Source of the DNA: Selaginella moellendorffii
Lineage: Eukaryota > Plantae > Lycopodiophyta
Assembly (NCBI RefSeq): GCF_000143415.4
Contig: NW_003314309.1
Coordinates: 1,361,897 to 1,425,896, forward strand
Direction of reading: 5' to 3'
Length of the DNA stretch: 64,000 nt
The stretch's first letter is position 1; the number at the start of each line of letters is the position of its first letter. Under the pieces are notes generated by a model. That model saw only the letters and a list, made by a program, of their open reading frames with translations, made no database searches and was not told where the DNA came from. The translations under genes were made by a program, and so were the position numbers. Positions 62,463 to 64,000 of this stretch are shown in pieces.

Positions 62463-64000
62463 ATGTCTCCTCCTGTTTCTTGCTCCTCCATCGCTATCTT
62501 AGCACTGATTTTGCTCGTTGCCGATGCCCGGTCGTCCTTGGATCACGATTGTTTGTGCACCGCATTTCAATCCAGCTGCTGGCCAGATCCCAGCGCCTGG
62601 GACACCTTCAACTCCTCCCTCGATGGAAGGCTCGTCAAAGTCCTGCCTCCAGCGGCGCCCTGTCACGAGAGCCACTTCGATGAGCAAGCTTGCCAAATCG
62701 TGCGAGAGAAATGGAGCTCACCGTTCTGGAGGTCGGATCAGCCGGGAGCCATGCAAGCCAGCAACTGGGAAGCCAGCGGCGACCAGAGCTGCCTCATCTC
62801 CTCCCCTCGCAACTCGAGCTGCTCGCAGGGCTCCGTTCCAGTCTACGCCGTGAATGTCTCCACTCCATCTCACGTCCAATCTGCGGTAAAGTTTGCATCC
62901 GCCAAGAACATCCGGCTAGTGATCAAGAACACCGGGCACGACTTCTTTGGAAAGAGCACTGCGGCTGGATCTCTCAGCATCTGGACGCACCACATGAAGA
63001 ACATGAGCTTCCACGACGACTTTGTCGCCAAGAGATGCTCAGTGTCCCCGGTATCGGCAGTGACGGTCGGAGCTGGAGTCCAGTGGGAGGAGCTCTACCA
63101 GGCAGTGTTCAAGCAAGGTAAAGTGATCGTCGGGGCTGGGGGTGTTACTGTTGGAGCTGCCGGTGGATATCCACAGGCCGCCGGACATAGTCCAATCTCT
63201 CCAGCCTTCGGCCTCGCAGCGGACAATGTCTTGGAGTATGAAGTCGTGACGGCTGCTGGAGATCTCGTTGTTGCTAACGGCTGCCAAAACGAGGATCTCT
63301 TCTGGGCTCTTCGAGGGGGCGGAGGAGGAACTTTTGGAGTCGTGGTCTCTGCTACACACCGGACGCATCCGCAGCTGGAAAATCTCGCCTTCGCTGGCTA
63401 CTCCATCAATGCCAGCGATAGATCCAGCTTCGTGGACTTGCTCACAAACTTTGCCGTGATCCATCCCAGTCTCTCGGAAGCTGGATGGTCGGGATACTTC
63501 GGACTGTCCAGCCAGAGCTTGCAGGTCTCGTATCTTCTTCCCAACAAGGACGTGTCTTTCGCAAAGTCGACGCTAGCACCGTTCCTGGACTACGTTGAGA
63601 AGCATCCAAAGCTCCAAAGAAATGGAAGCGTAGTCTCTCTTTCATCGTTCCAAGAGTATTACTCGCAATTCCTGTGTGGAGGCCAGAATTCCTGCGTCAA
63701 CTCCAACGGCTCCGCCACTCCCCTCCGTCTCTCCTCCAGGCTAATCCCAAAATCCCTCTTCCACAACCGCAAATCCGTGGAGCCGCTCTCAGATGCCCTT
63801 GTCTCGATCCTGGAGCGCTACTCGCCTCCGACGATCTTTGGCGCATTCGTGGCCGGCGGAGCAGTGGCAAGGCCGCGAGATGAGAATGCCGTGAATCCGG
63901 CATGGCGCCGAGCCCTTTTGTTCGTGATTATCGGCAGCGGCTGGAGAGATGGGGCGAGCCTGGAGGAGCAGCGAGAGGTTGCAAGGAATGTGAGCGCCGC
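62463..64000 (+). CDS. Secreted FAD-linked oxidoreductase (BBE/VAO-PCMH fold, fungal-type), intronless so far, runs off the window end (absent from the ORF track)
   Basis: Signal peptide; CWPDPSAWDTFNSSLDGRL, CSQGSVPVYAVN, RLVIKNTGHDFFGKSTAAGSLSIWTHHMK, GHSPISPAFGLAADNVLEYEVVT, DLFWALRGGGGGTFGVV. Confidence 0.92.
   Translation, partial: MSPPVSCSSIAILALILLVADARSSLDHDCLCTAFQSSCWPDPSAWDTFNSSLDGRLVKVLPPAAPCHESHFDEQACQIVREKWSSPFWRSDQPGAMQASNWEASGDQSCLISSPRNSSCSQGSVPVYAVNVSTPSHVQSAVKFASAKNIRLVIKNTGHDFFGKSTAAGSLSIWTHHMKNMSFHDDFVAKRCSVSPVSAVTVGAGVQWEELYQAVFKQGKVIVGAGGVTVGAAGGYPQAAGHSPISPAFGLAADNVLEYEVVTAAGDLVVANGCQNEDLFWALRGGGGGTFGVVVSATHRTHPQLENLAFAGYSINASDRSSFVDLLTNFAVIHPSLSEAGWSGYFGLSSQSLQVSYLLPNKDVSFAKSTLAPFLDYVEKHPKLQRNGSVVSLSSFQEYYSQFLCGGQNSCVNSNGSATPLRLSSRLIPKSLFHNRKSVEPLSDALVSILERYSPPTIFGAFVAGGAVARPRDENAVNPAWRRALLFVIIGSGWRDGASLEEQREVARNVSA

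Noticed and set aside
62480-63903. Short ORF-track entries at the right end
   Set aside because: Alternate-frame or antisense shadows of the long + strand oxidoreductase ORF starting at 62463

Overview
Eukaryotic plant nuclear DNA with compact genes and very short GT-AG introns. A cilium gene (KATNIP) plus plant-type genes points to a flagellated-sperm land plant; Selaginella is my best guess (inference). The left arm (1-16 kb) holds KATNIP, a frameshifted AT-rich GDSL lipase, a tandem duplication with two germin-like genes and a UGT, plastid RPL13, an SDN-like exonuclease pseudogene and an intronless HAD phosphatase. The middle (16-51 kb) is a nested TE island: several TRIMs including a 5S-bearing Cassandra, a TRIM-derived tandem array and three Ty3/Gypsy elements. 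Innermost is an 11.6-kb TIR DNA transposon (4-bp TSD, Sola-like transposase) with a divergently transcribed cargo gene (ParB-like start, acidic tract, FCP1-like HAD phosphatase) and about 20 copies of a 22-bp palindrome, ATGGCRTG-N6-CAYGCCAT. That element is the best candidate for an undescribed system. The right arm (52-64 kb) holds P5CS, VPS51 and a fungal-type FAD oxidoreductase with pseudogene fragments. All family assignments come from motif recognition; no searches were run.
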